NCBI GenBank assembly: GCA_950097015.1
Contig: CATNEN010000001.1
Location: 20,956,001-21,020,000 of the forward strand
Source: Macrostomum hystrix
Lineage: Eukaryota > Animalia > Platyhelminthes
Direction: 5' to 3'
DNA: 64,000 nt
The notes under the pieces: generated by a model
Database searches by the model: none
The model's input: the letters and a program-made list of their open reading frames with translations, nothing else
What the model was told of the DNA's origin: nothing
Shown: positions 50,614 through 61,024 of the stretch, piece by piece
How the letters are laid out: every line of letters starts with the position of its first letter
How positions within the stretch are numbered: the stretch's first letter is position 1
Translations under genes and position numbers: made by a program

Positions 50614-50681
50614 ATTCATTGATTATATGTTTGCAACCGAACCATCTGGGCTAGAACTGAAAACTAAGATAGAACTGGATA

Positions 50682-52991
50682 ATGATACTAGAGAGCCAAC
50701 CAATTCCAACAATACTGACACGAGCAGTGTTTCTCAAAAAGCAAAAACTAACCGTGAAAGGCAGTAGCACTAAATTTAATAATGAAGAACTAATCATCTT
50801 ACATTTAAACTGCAATAGCATCTGGAATAAAATCTGGGAACTTAGAGACTACATGAGAAATCATAACATTGATATAGCACTACTATCTGAGACAACTCTC
50901 AAGGAACCTGACAACGTCAATTTTCCCGGTTACTCAACCATCAGACTCGACACTCCTCACTGTAGACGTGGTCTACTCATTGCTCACCGCGAATTCATCA
51001 AAATCTGCACTGCCAGTGCACACTATGACGGCACCAACCATGAATACATCTCTATCACCATCGACACCAAGGGCAACGGCAACGGACTGCAACATCTCAC
51101 CATCTCACTCTTCTATAGGGTACCACTACCGGATACTCTCAACACCAGCATTCTTGATTCACTCCTCTCATCAACCCACAGCTTGATACTCGGTGACTTC
51201 AACTGTAGAATGGCTGCACTCCAGGGCGATAGCCCAGAAAACTATCCCGGAAAGCAACTTTATCAGTGGCTCATTGACTCTGATTCACCTCCCGTTCTTC
51301 TCAATGAACCAGGACAATACACACGTTACGCTAAAAGAGCTGAAAAACATCTGGGTAATGTGCTCGACCTAGGTATCTGCACAACAGACCTCGCACCATA
51401 CATCAGTCACTTTGAAGTAATAGACGACCTCAACAGTGACCACCTCCCTCAACTCGTCAAAATAGCAATCAAACCAAAGGACAAAAAACCACTAGGTACA
51501 CCTAAATGCTACAATAAAACAGACTGGGAAAAATTTCACATAGAACTAGAAGACAACATCACAACATTGTGGAACAACGACTTCAACGCGAGAACTACAA
51601 GCGAGATCGACGATGCCATCGACACCTTCACAGACGTCCTCAAACTCACCATCGACAAGGTAGTGCCTAACTACAACACCAGGGAAGAACTACCACAGAA
51701 CATCCTTCAACTCATCAGGAATAGACGTAGACTAAGGAAAATATATCACCAAACGAGGATAGACGAATTCCGAGTCTCAGCCAACGAGCTCGCATCTCAG
51801 ATAAGGAAGGAAATTCAACACTTCAGAGTAAAAAAATTCAACAGCCTCTGCACCAAAATTACACAAGCCAGTCTCAAATTCAACAACAATAAATTTTGGA
51901 GGGACATCCGAATTATAATGGGCACCAACAGGCAACCAACTAAATTTCCAAATCTAGTCTACAATAACACTACTGCCATCACGGATTATGATAAAGCTAA
52001 CCTACTAGCTAAGTCACTTAGCGACAAAATGAGGCCAGAAACAAGTACCTCTAGAAGATTCAACAACAAAGTGGCCTCCATCACCAGCAATAGCACCATC
52101 TTCCAACCACTAGAGAACCCAGACCCAAACCAACTCCAATCAGAGGAAACCAACACCTACCTCACTGAACCAATCCGAATAGCAGACGTCACCTGGGAAC
52201 TGGCCCACCTTAGGTCGGGAGGAGCCCCAGGCCCTGATGACATCCCCAACATCATCCTCAAAAAGGGCCTTAGTCCGTCATCAATCATAGTACTCACCAA
52301 AATTATGGACAACTGTCTCAAACTAGGCTATTTCCCAAAAGCCTGGAAAAGAGCCCATACCACAATGCTCCACAAACCAGATAAACCTAGAAAAGACCCG
52401 CTCAGCTACAGACCCATCAGCCTCACCTCCTGTATAGGAAGTGTTTGAGAAAATACTAAAAAAGAGACTGTACAAATTCACAGATGAAAATAACACACTT
52501 GGTCATAACCAATGTGCATACAGAGAGAAGCACTGCTCGTATGACAACTTAGCCAGACTAGTACATGACATAATGGAGGGAAAAACCAAAAATAGATCAA
52601 CCATCGGAGTGTTCTTTGATGTGGAAGGGGCCTTCGACAAAATCTGGCATGATGCACTGCGATATAGGCTCCACAAAATCAAACTGCCCATCAGATTAAC
52701 CAGGATCTTTTCCAACTACATGTCAGACCGTTAGATTGCTGTTAGAGTAAACGGTCAACTCAGTGACTACTTCACACCTGAGGCTGGTGTTCCTCAGGGG
52801 GGAGTGCTCAGCCCAATCCTCTTCCTCATTGTGGTTGCCACAATGCCCAAACCCAAAGACATCAGGGTCAGAGCCAGCCAATTTGCAGATGACACCTCGA
52901 TTTGGTGCCAATCACTAAAAGCCAGTGTAGCTGGCAAACTCATTCAGGACTTTATAGAAGACTACCAAAAATGGCTGAGCAAATATGGTAT
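50682..52991 (+). CDS. LINE ORF2, APE endonuclease and RT (frameshift at about 52440; continues at 62097)
   Basis: LNCNS, LSET, GDFN, SDH; YRPISLTSC; FDVEGAFDKIWH; PQG; QFADD. Confidence 0.9.
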
Positions 52992-53630
52992 TGATGTGCT
53001 GTAGACTGCTGAGCAGCCTCCAGGCAATCTGTGAGTCAGGCTGTTCTAGGTCTGTGGGAGGGCTAGGGTTGGTAGTTAGTGTTTCCCGTGCACTGTCACT
53101 TCCACTCGCCACCCCCCCTCCGCTCTCGTTCTCTCGTTCCAGCTCTGTCTGCGCACTGAGTCACATTGCACACCATGGTGCAATCGCTTAAGTTCGGAAG
53201 AAGACTGGCAGAACAACGCTCAAATGCTCCTACTATAAGTAGAGCACAGTCCGACGAATCCTTGAGATGGTGTTGTTATCATGGTACCACTATTTCTTTA
53301 TATTGAGAGCACGTTTCTGTCTTCTTTTCTTCTTGCTTTTTGAGCTTTCGGGATCTCAAACATCTGCTAACTTATTGAGAGGTTGGATCGTGTATTGCAT
53401 TTAGAAGCAAGGTACGCCGTCCAATTTCAGAGCAGAGTGCTAAGTTTCGGGAATCATAGATTGATTCAAATAGACTCCGAGGAAACAAGGTAATCTAGCC
53501 TGACTACCGGATTGCTCCACTGCTACGAAGCATTCAGTGTTGAGGCCGGTAAAATCTCCTCTCTGAGTCCAGTGTCCTGTCTTGGTCATTTTTACCAATT
53601 GTGTGTGCCACGCTACCACAGGTACAACAT

Positions 53631-53652
53631 TGGTGGCAGCGGTGGGATTCGA
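53631..53652 (+). promoter_or_regulatory. Primer binding site, tRNA-Leu
   Basis: TGGTGGCAGCGGTGGGATTCGA is the reverse complement of a tRNA-Leu 3' end (TCGAATCCCACCGCTGCCA-CCA). Confidence 0.85.
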
Positions 53653-53689
53653 GTTAGCCTTTTACTCATTCACTGCGGATACGAACGCC

Positions 53690-54808
53690 ATGTCCCAAGA
53701 GGAATTGGATTCTGAGAGGGAGGAGAGGCAGCAGGTAGCCCGGAGCAAGGAGTCTCGCGGTGGCTGTGCGCTGCAGGAAGCTCGGTCAAGATGGTATGAC
53801 CGCGGAAACGGCTGCGTCGGCGACGGCGAGGACAGCGAGAGCGACTTCGGCGGCGACGACGACCAGTCCGGCGGCGAGGGCGACCGAGGAGCGGCAGCGG
53901 CAGCAAGGCGACGACGACCGAGATTGGACGACAGGGCGACGGCTGACCTGGTGTACCGGATGCTCAACCTGATGGAAAAGCAGGTGGAACAACAACAAGG
54001 TAGGACGGCGAAGATTGCCAAGTTTTCTCGGGGTCAGGACGTACATCTGTGGGTGGAGGCGTTTGAAGCGTATTGCGCCCGGGCTGCGATTCGCAGTTCG
54101 GAGACACGCAAGGCCCTTCTACTCGACCACCTCGATGTACAGTGCCTGAATGCCGTCCTCAGGATGAAGCTGCCCGAAGAGCTCACGTATGCCCAGTTCA
54201 AGGAGCGTATTGTGGAGCGATTCGCGCCGCTGAGTAGCCCTGAGGAGTACCGAGACGAGTTCCGCAATCGCTATCAGAAGAAAGCGGAAACGCTTGATGA
54301 CTATGCTGATGCGTTGCAGGGACTCGGTGAGCAGGCCTACACCAACCTTCGCCAGAGAGACCTGGACTATGAGTTGGTCGACCAGTTCATTAAGGGAGTT
54401 CGGACTTCGGTTGAGAACCGCAAGCACCTGCTGCGGACTCGCCCTAGAACACTCCTGGAAGCTAGGCGAGAGTTGAAGCGCCTAGAGGTGGTCGACGAGG
54501 CAGTCCAGAGGGCGAAGGATGGGCCGGCTCGGATGGTGCACGGCGAGGATGAGGACCTGAATGCGCGGCCGCCACCGCAAGGTGTTACCGCTGCGCTGAA
54601 GGGACTCGAATCGCTGATGACCAAGATGGTCGAGGTCCAGGGTCAGCAGCTGCAGCATCAGCAGAAGATGCAGGAGATGCTGGTCCAGGCGCTCAGCCGA
54701 CCACAAGGAGCCGTGCAGCAGAAAGGACCGGCGCCGCCAAGAGGGACATGCTTTGGTTGCGGGAAGTTCGGACACCTGAGGCGTGATTGCCCGACGAGGC
54801 CACCTTAG
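53690..54808 (+). CDS. gag: Gag with CCHC knuckle
   Basis: Capsid-like region and CFGCGKFGHLRRDC. Confidence 0.9.
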   Translation: MSQEELDSEREERQQVARSKESRGGCALQEARSRWYDRGNGCVGDGEDSESDFGGDDDQSGGEGDRGAAAAARRRRPRLDDRATADLVYRMLNLMEKQVEQQQGRTAKIAKFSRGQDVHLWVEAFEAYCARAAIRSSETRKALLLDHLDVQCLNAVLRMKLPEELTYAQFKERIVERFAPLSSPEEYRDEFRNRYQKKAETLDDYADALQGLGEQAYTNLRQRDLDYELVDQFIKGVRTSVENRKHLLRTRPRTLLEARRELKRLEVVDEAVQRAKDGPARMVHGEDEDLNARPPPQGVTAALKGLESLMTKMVEVQGQQLQHQQKMQEMLVQALSRPQGAVQQKGPAPPRGTCFGCGKFGHLRRDCPTRPP

Positions 54809-57800
54809 CCGCGTTACGAGCACCACACTCGGGGGTACCCGAGAGAGCAACGGCAAGAGCCCAGGCAGCAGTCCGAGCTGCAGGCCCAAGGCACTCAGAC
54901 GTCGGGAAACGGGACGGCGAGGAGCACGGACGGCAGTGCCCCTCGCAGTCCAGTTCCTGGACGGGCCTGAGGGAGACTGAGGAGTCAGCTGGAGGAGAGG
55001 GTAGGGGCTCTCCTAGCACCAGCTTCCTCGAGCGTTGGTATGCCTCCAACGCTGACCCCTATGTGACGGCGATGGTTTCCAAGAAGACGGTGCCTTTTCT
55101 CCTAGACTCAGGGAGCAGGCGCTGTCTGATTGGAAGTGAGACGTGGGCATCTCTGCGGCATGTAGTGCCGCACGCTGTGCTGACAGGAGAGAGTGCCCTG
55201 TGCAACTTTGATGGTTCTCGATTGCCGGTTTTAGGGCGAGTCGCCTTTGAGGTCAGGCTCGGCGACTACGCTGTAGACGTCGAGTTCTGCGTGACGAAGG
55301 ACGAGCACGAGAACATCCTAGGAATTGATTTCATGCGCCAGCACACCCAGAAGATTGACTTTCCGAAGGGGATGCTGACCATGAAGTCAGGAACCAGAGT
55401 GCCGCTGAGGTTCACGAGGCGAGAGGCGAGGGCCAGTCGGGTTTACTCACTCGAGCAGACCACTGTGCCAGCGCGCTCTTCGATGCTCGTAGCGGTGAAG
55501 CTAGCGGGTGGCCGGACTGACTGTCACGGCACGCCGCTGCTTGTTGAGTCCTTGAGGTCAGGACTGAAGCCAGGGGCGTCTCAGGTCGAGATGGCCCCGA
55601 CATTGCTGACGATGGCTGACGGGACAGGGTGTGTTGAAGTCATCAATACCTCTTGCTTCCCGGCGGTTATTCGACGCAATGGTCTTGTAGGGCTAGCGAG
55701 GCCACTGAAGGCAGACGAACTGGAATATCTACCAGAGCTAGAGGAGACGCCGGTCAGGCAGGTTCAGGCAGAAGGGCTGGAGAGCGATGAGGCATGGCTA
55801 GAGGTGGAGATTTGTGAGAGGTTGACCGAGGAGCAGAGGCATCGGGTTAAGGAGATGTTGAGAGAGTGCCGCGAGGCATTCGCAATGCATCCCCTGGACC
55901 ATGGTGTCACTGACTTAGTCACTCATGAGATCATTGTGACAGATCCCACTCCAGTTCGCATTCCACCGAGGAGGATCCCGCCTCACTTGATGGAACAGTT
56001 GGACAAGATGCTGGATGAGATGTTGGCGAAAGGCATCATCAAGCCGACATTCTCCAGCTACAACACGCCTCTCCTGATTGTCCCTAAGAAAGACAAGACT
56101 ATCAGGATTGTCTTAGACTATCGCGAGTTGAATAGCCGCTGCCTGAAGCACGTCTATCCGCTGCCAGACATACAGCAGACCTTTGAGCATTTGAGAGGGG
56201 CGCAATACTATTCCGCCCTCGATCTTGCACAGGGTTTCTGGAAAATCCCGCTGAGAGAGCAGGATAGACACCTGACCGCGTTCTCGGTTCACCACAGAGG
56301 TCAGTTTGAGTTTACTGTGTTGCCGATGGGCATGACGGATTCGGCAGGGTCTTTTCAGCGCTGTATCAACAAGCTGCTGGAGGGGCTGACGCCAAAGGTA
56401 GCGTTGGGGTATATCGATGATATACTCGTCCACTCGCCTACCTTTGACGACCATTTGGAGCATCTGAGGATGATGCTGACTCGAATCCGTGAAGCCCAGT
56501 TCAAGCTGAAGCCGAAGAAGTGCCACCTGTTCAAGAGGGAGCTGCACTACTTAGGCCATGTGGTGACACCAGAAGGCATCCTGACGAACGAGGATAAGAT
56601 CGCCGAGCTCAGAGGCTGGCCGACACCTCGAAGCGCCAAAGAATTGCGCAGCTTCTTGGGGTTGGCACAGTATTACAAGAAGTTCGTCCGCAACTACTCA
56701 GGGATTGCAGCACCATTGCACGAGCTCACTAAGCGGGACATTACCAGCTTGAAGGGTCTGTGGAAGACAGAGCATGAGAGGGCCTTTCAGGGATTGAAGG
56801 ATGCGTTGTGCTCTACGGAGGTACTGGCGTACCCGGAGTACACCTCTGACCCGAAAGTAACTTTCATCCTGGACACAGATGCCTCTGATGACCGCATAGG
56901 GGCTTGTCTGAATCAGCTGCAGTCTGATGGAGTAGAAAGGCCTGTTGGCTACTACAGCCGGAAGCTGCGAGGGCCGGAGACCCGCTACACTACGACCCGC
57001 AAAGAATTGCTGGCAGTCGTAGATGCGATGCGGCATTTCCGGTACTTCCTGGTTGGCAAGAAGTTTGTCGTCCGGTCTGATCACAAGGCCCTGCTGTGGC
57101 TCATGCATCAGACTGAGGCGACAGGCATCTTGGGCCGTTGGGTTGAGAGAATGAGTGAGTTTGATTTCACCATTGTTCATCGTCCTGGAAAGTCTCACCA
57201 AAATGCTGACTCGATGTCGAGAAAGCCGGATAACCCGGTCAATTGTTCTTTTGGGGTGGTGACACCCCACAACCAGTTCGGTGCGAGTGCTTGCACCCGC
57301 CAATTTTCGAGTCAGCTGGAGGAGGGACAGGAAAGGGGCAATGAACAGGGTGAAATCACAGGAGCAGCAGAACCACTGCGAGCTGTGAAACCCAAGGCTC
57401 AGGAGGTCATGGACGGCCGATCAGGAAGTGGAGCAGCTGTGTCTGAAGGACTGGTGGAAGAGCCGGTCCTGGAGCCTGTCGAGGTGCGCCAAGACAGGGC
57501 GGTGCTGCAAGGGTGTCAGGATGACACGACCGCAGGCCAGCCTTTGAGGCGGGAAGCACCTGTCAACGGGGCTCCGCAGTCAGCTCGTTGCAGCCAGTTC
57601 TGCCTGCAGACTGTGGACGCCGCCGTGCAGACGGTAGCTACGGAAAGTAGCTGGAGCCAGGGAGCCACAAGGGAGGAGCACTGGGTGCGGGGCTGTGATG
57701 CCAAGGCACAGGTGCAAACTCAGGTGGTGGCGGAAGGCTCAGAGGTGAAGGAGAAGGTGCCCGCTCGTTGCAGCCAGTCCTGCCTGCAGGCGCCAGATCC

Positions 57801-60015
57801 GGAACCTCTGGTGTGTCCGGAGACAGAGGAGGAAGTGTCCGCTCGTTGCAGCCAGCCCTGCCTGCAGACACCGAATCCTGCTGTTGAGGAGTTCTCGGAA
57901 ACAGGGGAGAAGTCGCTGGCTCGTTGCAGCCAGTCCTGCCTGCGAGCGACTGATCCCGCTGTGTCAAGGTCCTCGGGTCAGGAGGATCAGCAGTTAGCTC
58001 GTTGCAGCCAGTCCTGCCTGCCGACTGTTGGTCTCTCCGTGGGACAGGGAGCAGAGGTGGAGGGGAGTTGTCAGACTCGTTGCGACCAGTCTCGCCTGTC
58101 AAGGACACCCCCTGCTGCCAGGGCTCCTGGGTCCAAGGACAAGGAGGACAAGGACAGTGGAGAGCTGCCTCCGGTAAGAGCAGTGGTGACAGAGTTCCTG
58201 AGGGTGCCGGTTAGCCAGGTCGAGTTGCTAGAAGCTCAGCACCAAGACCCAGCAATCCGATACCTGACGGAACTGAAGCTGTCAGGAAGGGACAAGCCCA
58301 GGTTCGATCAGCGACTCCAGATGCCGAAGGAGGTCAGAGACCTCCTGGGTGCATTTGAGGAGCTGGAGGTGCGCGACGGGTTGCTCGTCATAGACTTTGA
58401 TGACAACCGGCCGCCGCGACCAGTGCTACCGAAAGCGCTAGACTCGCGCGTCTTTGAGGCTTTGCATGATTCGCCCTTGGCGGGTCATCTCGGCCAGTCC
58501 AAGACGGTGCAGAGAGTGAGAGACAGGTTCTGGAGACCCGGTCTCTGGTCGGAGGCGACGGGGTATGTGGCACGTTGCAGGACATGCCTGGAGAGCAAGT
58601 CAAGGCGGAAGGAGATAGTCCCACCGCAGAGCTATCCAGTGTGTGAGGTTTTGGGAAGGGTGCACGCCGACGTAATCGGGCCTTTGTCTCAACCAAGTGC
58701 CCGAGGACATCGGTACATCCTCACCCTGTGTGATGCAACATCGAAGTACCCGTTTGCCTACCCGATGCGAAACCAGAAGACTAAAACCGTGATCAAACTG
58801 CTGCTGGATAGGTTCATTCCCGAGTACGGTGCACCAGCCTGGTTGCATACGGACCAGGGGACGAACTTTATGAGTGCAGAGTTTGAGGACTTCTGTAGGC
58901 TGTATGGCATCCGTCATACGCACACGTGTCCCTATAACCCGGCCAGCAATGGCCAGGTCGAAAATCTGAATCGCCAGATTAAGTCGGTGCTCACGTGCTT
59001 GTTGGAAAGGGATCACAGGGATTGGGACCTGATGCTGCCCGCGTGCTTAATCGCGTTGCGCACCAGTGTCCACCCTGTGACCGGGTACACGCCGTACTTC
59101 CTGGTCTTCGGACGGGAGTATCGGCTGCCCGTCGACAACACGTTGACAGCACTGGCCGAGTACGCAGACCTGCCAGATTATCTCCGACATTTCCAGGAGC
59201 GCATAGACCAGGCGGTCAATTGTGCCCGGGACAAGCTCGAGAGGTACCAGGTGCTGCGAGAAGAACACTATCAAGAAAGACCGCAGGCGAGACCACTCCG
59301 CCCAGGCCAGCTGGTCCTGCTCAACAACCCGGTGATCGAATCCGGCGAGATCAGCAAATTCCATCGGCCTAGACAATCGGTCTACGTAGTGCTTGAGTGT
59401 AAGGGCGAAACGGTGTACAAGATCAGGCGACACGGCAATACCAGGAAGGCCAGGAAGCAGGTGCTGGTAGTCCACCGGCGTAACCTGCTCCCGGTACCGG
59501 CCTCAATATGCGACAGGACGGAAGAGGCGAGCCCGGCACGGCGGAAGCTCGGAAGGCCACCCAAGGGTAGCCCTCCAGTAGCTGACGCGGCCGGTGAGCC
59601 TGCCGACAGCGACGACGACGACGACGACGACGAGATCGGCCTGTGGAGCGCTCGAAGGTGGCACCTGCGACCACGAGTTGTTTCCAGGTCGAATCTCCAC
59701 GAACCGGCCGGTCCAGAGATCTGCAACGAAGAAGAGGCGGGGGAGGCGTCTGGTGATGTGGTTGTCCTGCCGTCGGACAGTCCGTTGCCCTCTCCAACCC
59801 TGACCCCTATCCCATCCTCTGTGCACGGGGAAGTTGCAGAAAGTGTTAGGGCCGAAGGTGTAGGTGAGGCTGCTCAGATAGGTGAAGCTAGGGATCAGGA
59901 GCCGCAGCAGAGGCCGCAAAGAGTTAGGCGAGAGCCGGAAAGGCTGCAGGTCGATCCCAGGAGAAAATCCTATTTCGTCAGAATGATGCGCCGCCTACCT
60001 AAAATGTTTCAGTGA
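54787..60015 (+). CDS. pol: Pol (protease, RT, RNase H, integrase)
   Basis: LLDSGS; YIDD; DTDAS and ELLAVV; HDSPLAGH...CRTC; D-D-E core (HADV, TDQG, NGQVE). Confidence 0.95.
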   Translation: MPDEATLAALRAPHSGVPERATARAQAAVRAAGPRHSDVGKRDGEEHGRQCPSQSSSWTGLRETEESAGGEGRGSPSTSFLERWYASNADPYVTAMVSKKTVPFLLDSGSRRCLIGSETWASLRHVVPHAVLTGESALCNFDGSRLPVLGRVAFEVRLGDYAVDVEFCVTKDEHENILGIDFMRQHTQKIDFPKGMLTMKSGTRVPLRFTRREARASRVYSLEQTTVPARSSMLVAVKLAGGRTDCHGTPLLVESLRSGLKPGASQVEMAPTLLTMADGTGCVEVINTSCFPAVIRRNGLVGLARPLKADELEYLPELEETPVRQVQAEGLESDEAWLEVEICERLTEEQRHRVKEMLRECREAFAMHPLDHGVTDLVTHEIIVTDPTPVRIPPRRIPPHLMEQLDKMLDEMLAKGIIKPTFSSYNTPLLIVPKKDKTIRIVLDYRELNSRCLKHVYPLPDIQQTFEHLRGAQYYSALDLAQGFWKIPLREQDRHLTAFSVHHRGQFEFTVLPMGMTDSAGSFQRCINKLLEGLTPKVALGYIDDILVHSPTFDDHLEHLRMMLTRIREAQFKLKPKKCHLFKRELHYLGHVVTPEGILTNEDKIAELRGWPTPRSAKELRSFLGLAQYYKKFVRNYSGIAAPLHELTKRDITSLKGLWKTEHERAFQGLKDALCSTEVLAYPEYTSDPKVTFILDTDASDDRIGACLNQLQSDGVERPVGYYSRKLRGPETRYTTTRKELLAVVDAMRHFRYFLVGKKFVVRSDHKALLWLMHQTEATGILGRWVERMSEFDFTIVHRPGKSHQNADSMSRKPDNPVNCSFGVVTPHNQFGASACTRQFSSQLEEGQERGNEQGEITGAAEPLRAVKPKAQEVMDGRSGSGAAVSEGLVEEPVLEPVEVRQDRAVLQGCQDDTTAGQPLRREAPVNGAPQSARCSQFCLQTVDAAVQTVATESSWSQGATREEHWVRGCDAKAQVQTQVVAEGSEVKEKVPARCSQSCLQAPDPEPLVCPETEEEVSARCSQPCLQTPNPAVEEFSETGEKSLARCSQSCLRATDPAVSRSSGQEDQQLARCSQSCLPTVGLSVGQGAEVEGSCQTRCDQSRLSRTPPAARAPGSKDKEDKDSGELPPVRAVVTEFLRVPVSQVELLEAQHQDPAIRYLTELKLSGRDKPRFDQRLQMPKEVRDLLGAFEELEVRDGLLVIDFDDNRPPRPVLPKALDSRVFEALHDSPLAGHLGQSKTVQRVRDRFWRPGLWSEATGYVARCRTCLESKSRRKEIVPPQSYPVCEVLGRVHADVIGPLSQPSARGHRYILTLCDATSKYPFAYPMRNQKTKTVIKLLLDRFIPEYGAPAWLHTDQGTNFMSAEFEDFCRLYGIRHTHTCPYNPASNGQVENLNRQIKSVLTCLLERDHRDWDLMLPACLIALRTSVHPVTGYTPYFLVFGREYRLPVDNTLTALAEYADLPDYLRHFQERIDQAVNCARDKLERYQVLREEHYQERPQARPLRPGQLVLLNNPVIESGEISKFHRPRQSVYVVLECKGETVYKIRRHGNTRKARKQVLVVHRRNLLPVPASICDRTEEASPARRKLGRPPKGSPPVADAAGEPADSDDDDDDDEIGLWSARRWHLRPRVVSRSNLHEPAGPEICNEEEAGEASGDVVVLPSDSPLPSPTLTPIPSSVHGEVAESVRAEGVGEAAQIGEARDQEPQQRPQRVRREPERLQVDPRRKSYFVRMMRRLPKMFQ
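57583..58100 (+). repeat. In-frame periodic repeat in pol: 25-nt core, 78-bp period
   Basis: GCTCGTTGCAGCCAGTCCTGCCTGC at 57583, 57763, 57841, 57919 and 57997, with a degenerate copy at 58075. Confidence 0.9.
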
Positions 60016-60112
60016 TCTCCTGTCCGAATCCATCCGGAGAAGACACTCTAAAAAGAGATAATAAGAAACAAAACGGGAGACTAAGTCAAGGAAGATTTCC
60101 GGACACTGTAAA

Positions 60113-61024
60113 ATGAGTAATAAGGAGAATAACAACCCAGAGGAGCGGGTGCCCACGCGCCCACGACTAATGGGAATCGTAAGGAAGATTAGCGGGCCTA
60201 TGGAGGTAAGTGAACGAGTGAAGATCATTAGGCGTCAATTCGGTAATAGTGCGCCCTTCCCACTGGGTCAGCGCTCGCCGAGTTGGCACCAAAACTTTAT
60301 GCCATCACTCCCTCGATTGCAGCAGGCAGTAAAACGCCCTGCTGAAAACCCCGCTGGGCCAGGTTGCAAGAAGCGACAACATAGGGCCGTGCAGGCAGTG
60401 CCGGACACTGTCGAGGCAGCTGTGCAAGCGCGCCGGCCGGCACCTAGTAGCAGTAGAAGTAGCGGATCGGACGAGGCCCAAGTGGACCCGGAAGAAGATC
60501 TCTGGGTCGCACTACAAGATGGCATGCCATCCGACGACGAGGGGCTGTCGGACCCCGACTCGTCGGAGGACTTGGTAGAAGTTGAGGGCCCAGCCGCACC
60601 CCCAATGGTCAACCTGCCAGCGCCCCAGGGCTCTTCCTCAGGGGAAAGCCAAGAAGAAGATGAGGCAGCCAGGCCTAGGCGCCGTCGAGGAGGCGCGCAA
60701 CGTCGGCGCCAGAGGAGGGCTCTGTGGGGCCAGAGGGCACCTGCCCGAGAAGCGGCTGTCCAAGGGTTAGCAGAGTCCCTGGCGAGAGCTGCTCGTGGAA
60801 GTTTCGACGATGGATGGTCCGCCCAAGTGCAGCAGGGCTTCGCGGCTGAAGAGCGAGCCACCCGCCGCGAGATGGCCATGGAGGCTGCAACCAGGTCTGA
60901 AGGGCTGATCAGGGGTCCGGTGGAGCACCCACAATGGCTCCTGGCCCGATATGGGCAGGGGATTGTTAAACTCGTTGAGTCCTGGTGGCTACCGGAACCT
61001 CTGGTCCGCATGGCCCAACTATGA
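60113..61024 (+). CDS. Extra ORF3 of the Gypsy element, unknown function
   Basis: 303-aa ATG-initiated ORF between pol and the 3' LTR; acidic and Arg-rich blocks; no transmembrane segment. Confidence 0.65.
   Translation: MSNKENNNPEERVPTRPRLMGIVRKISGPMEVSERVKIIRRQFGNSAPFPLGQRSPSWHQNFMPSLPRLQQAVKRPAENPAGPGCKKRQHRAVQAVPDTVEAAVQARRPAPSSSRSSGSDEAQVDPEEDLWVALQDGMPSDDEGLSDPDSSEDLVEVEGPAAPPMVNLPAPQGSSSGESQEEDEAARPRRRRGGAQRRRQRRALWGQRAPAREAAVQGLAESLARAARGSFDDGWSAQVQQGFAAEERATRREMAMEAATRSEGLIRGPVEHPQWLLARYGQGIVKLVESWWLPEPLVRMAQL

Noticed and set aside
57583-58100. CRISPR array
   Set aside because: Spacers are mutually related, in frame within pol, and there are no cas genes.
60113-61024. env gene
   Set aside because: No signal peptide, TM helix or Cys pattern.
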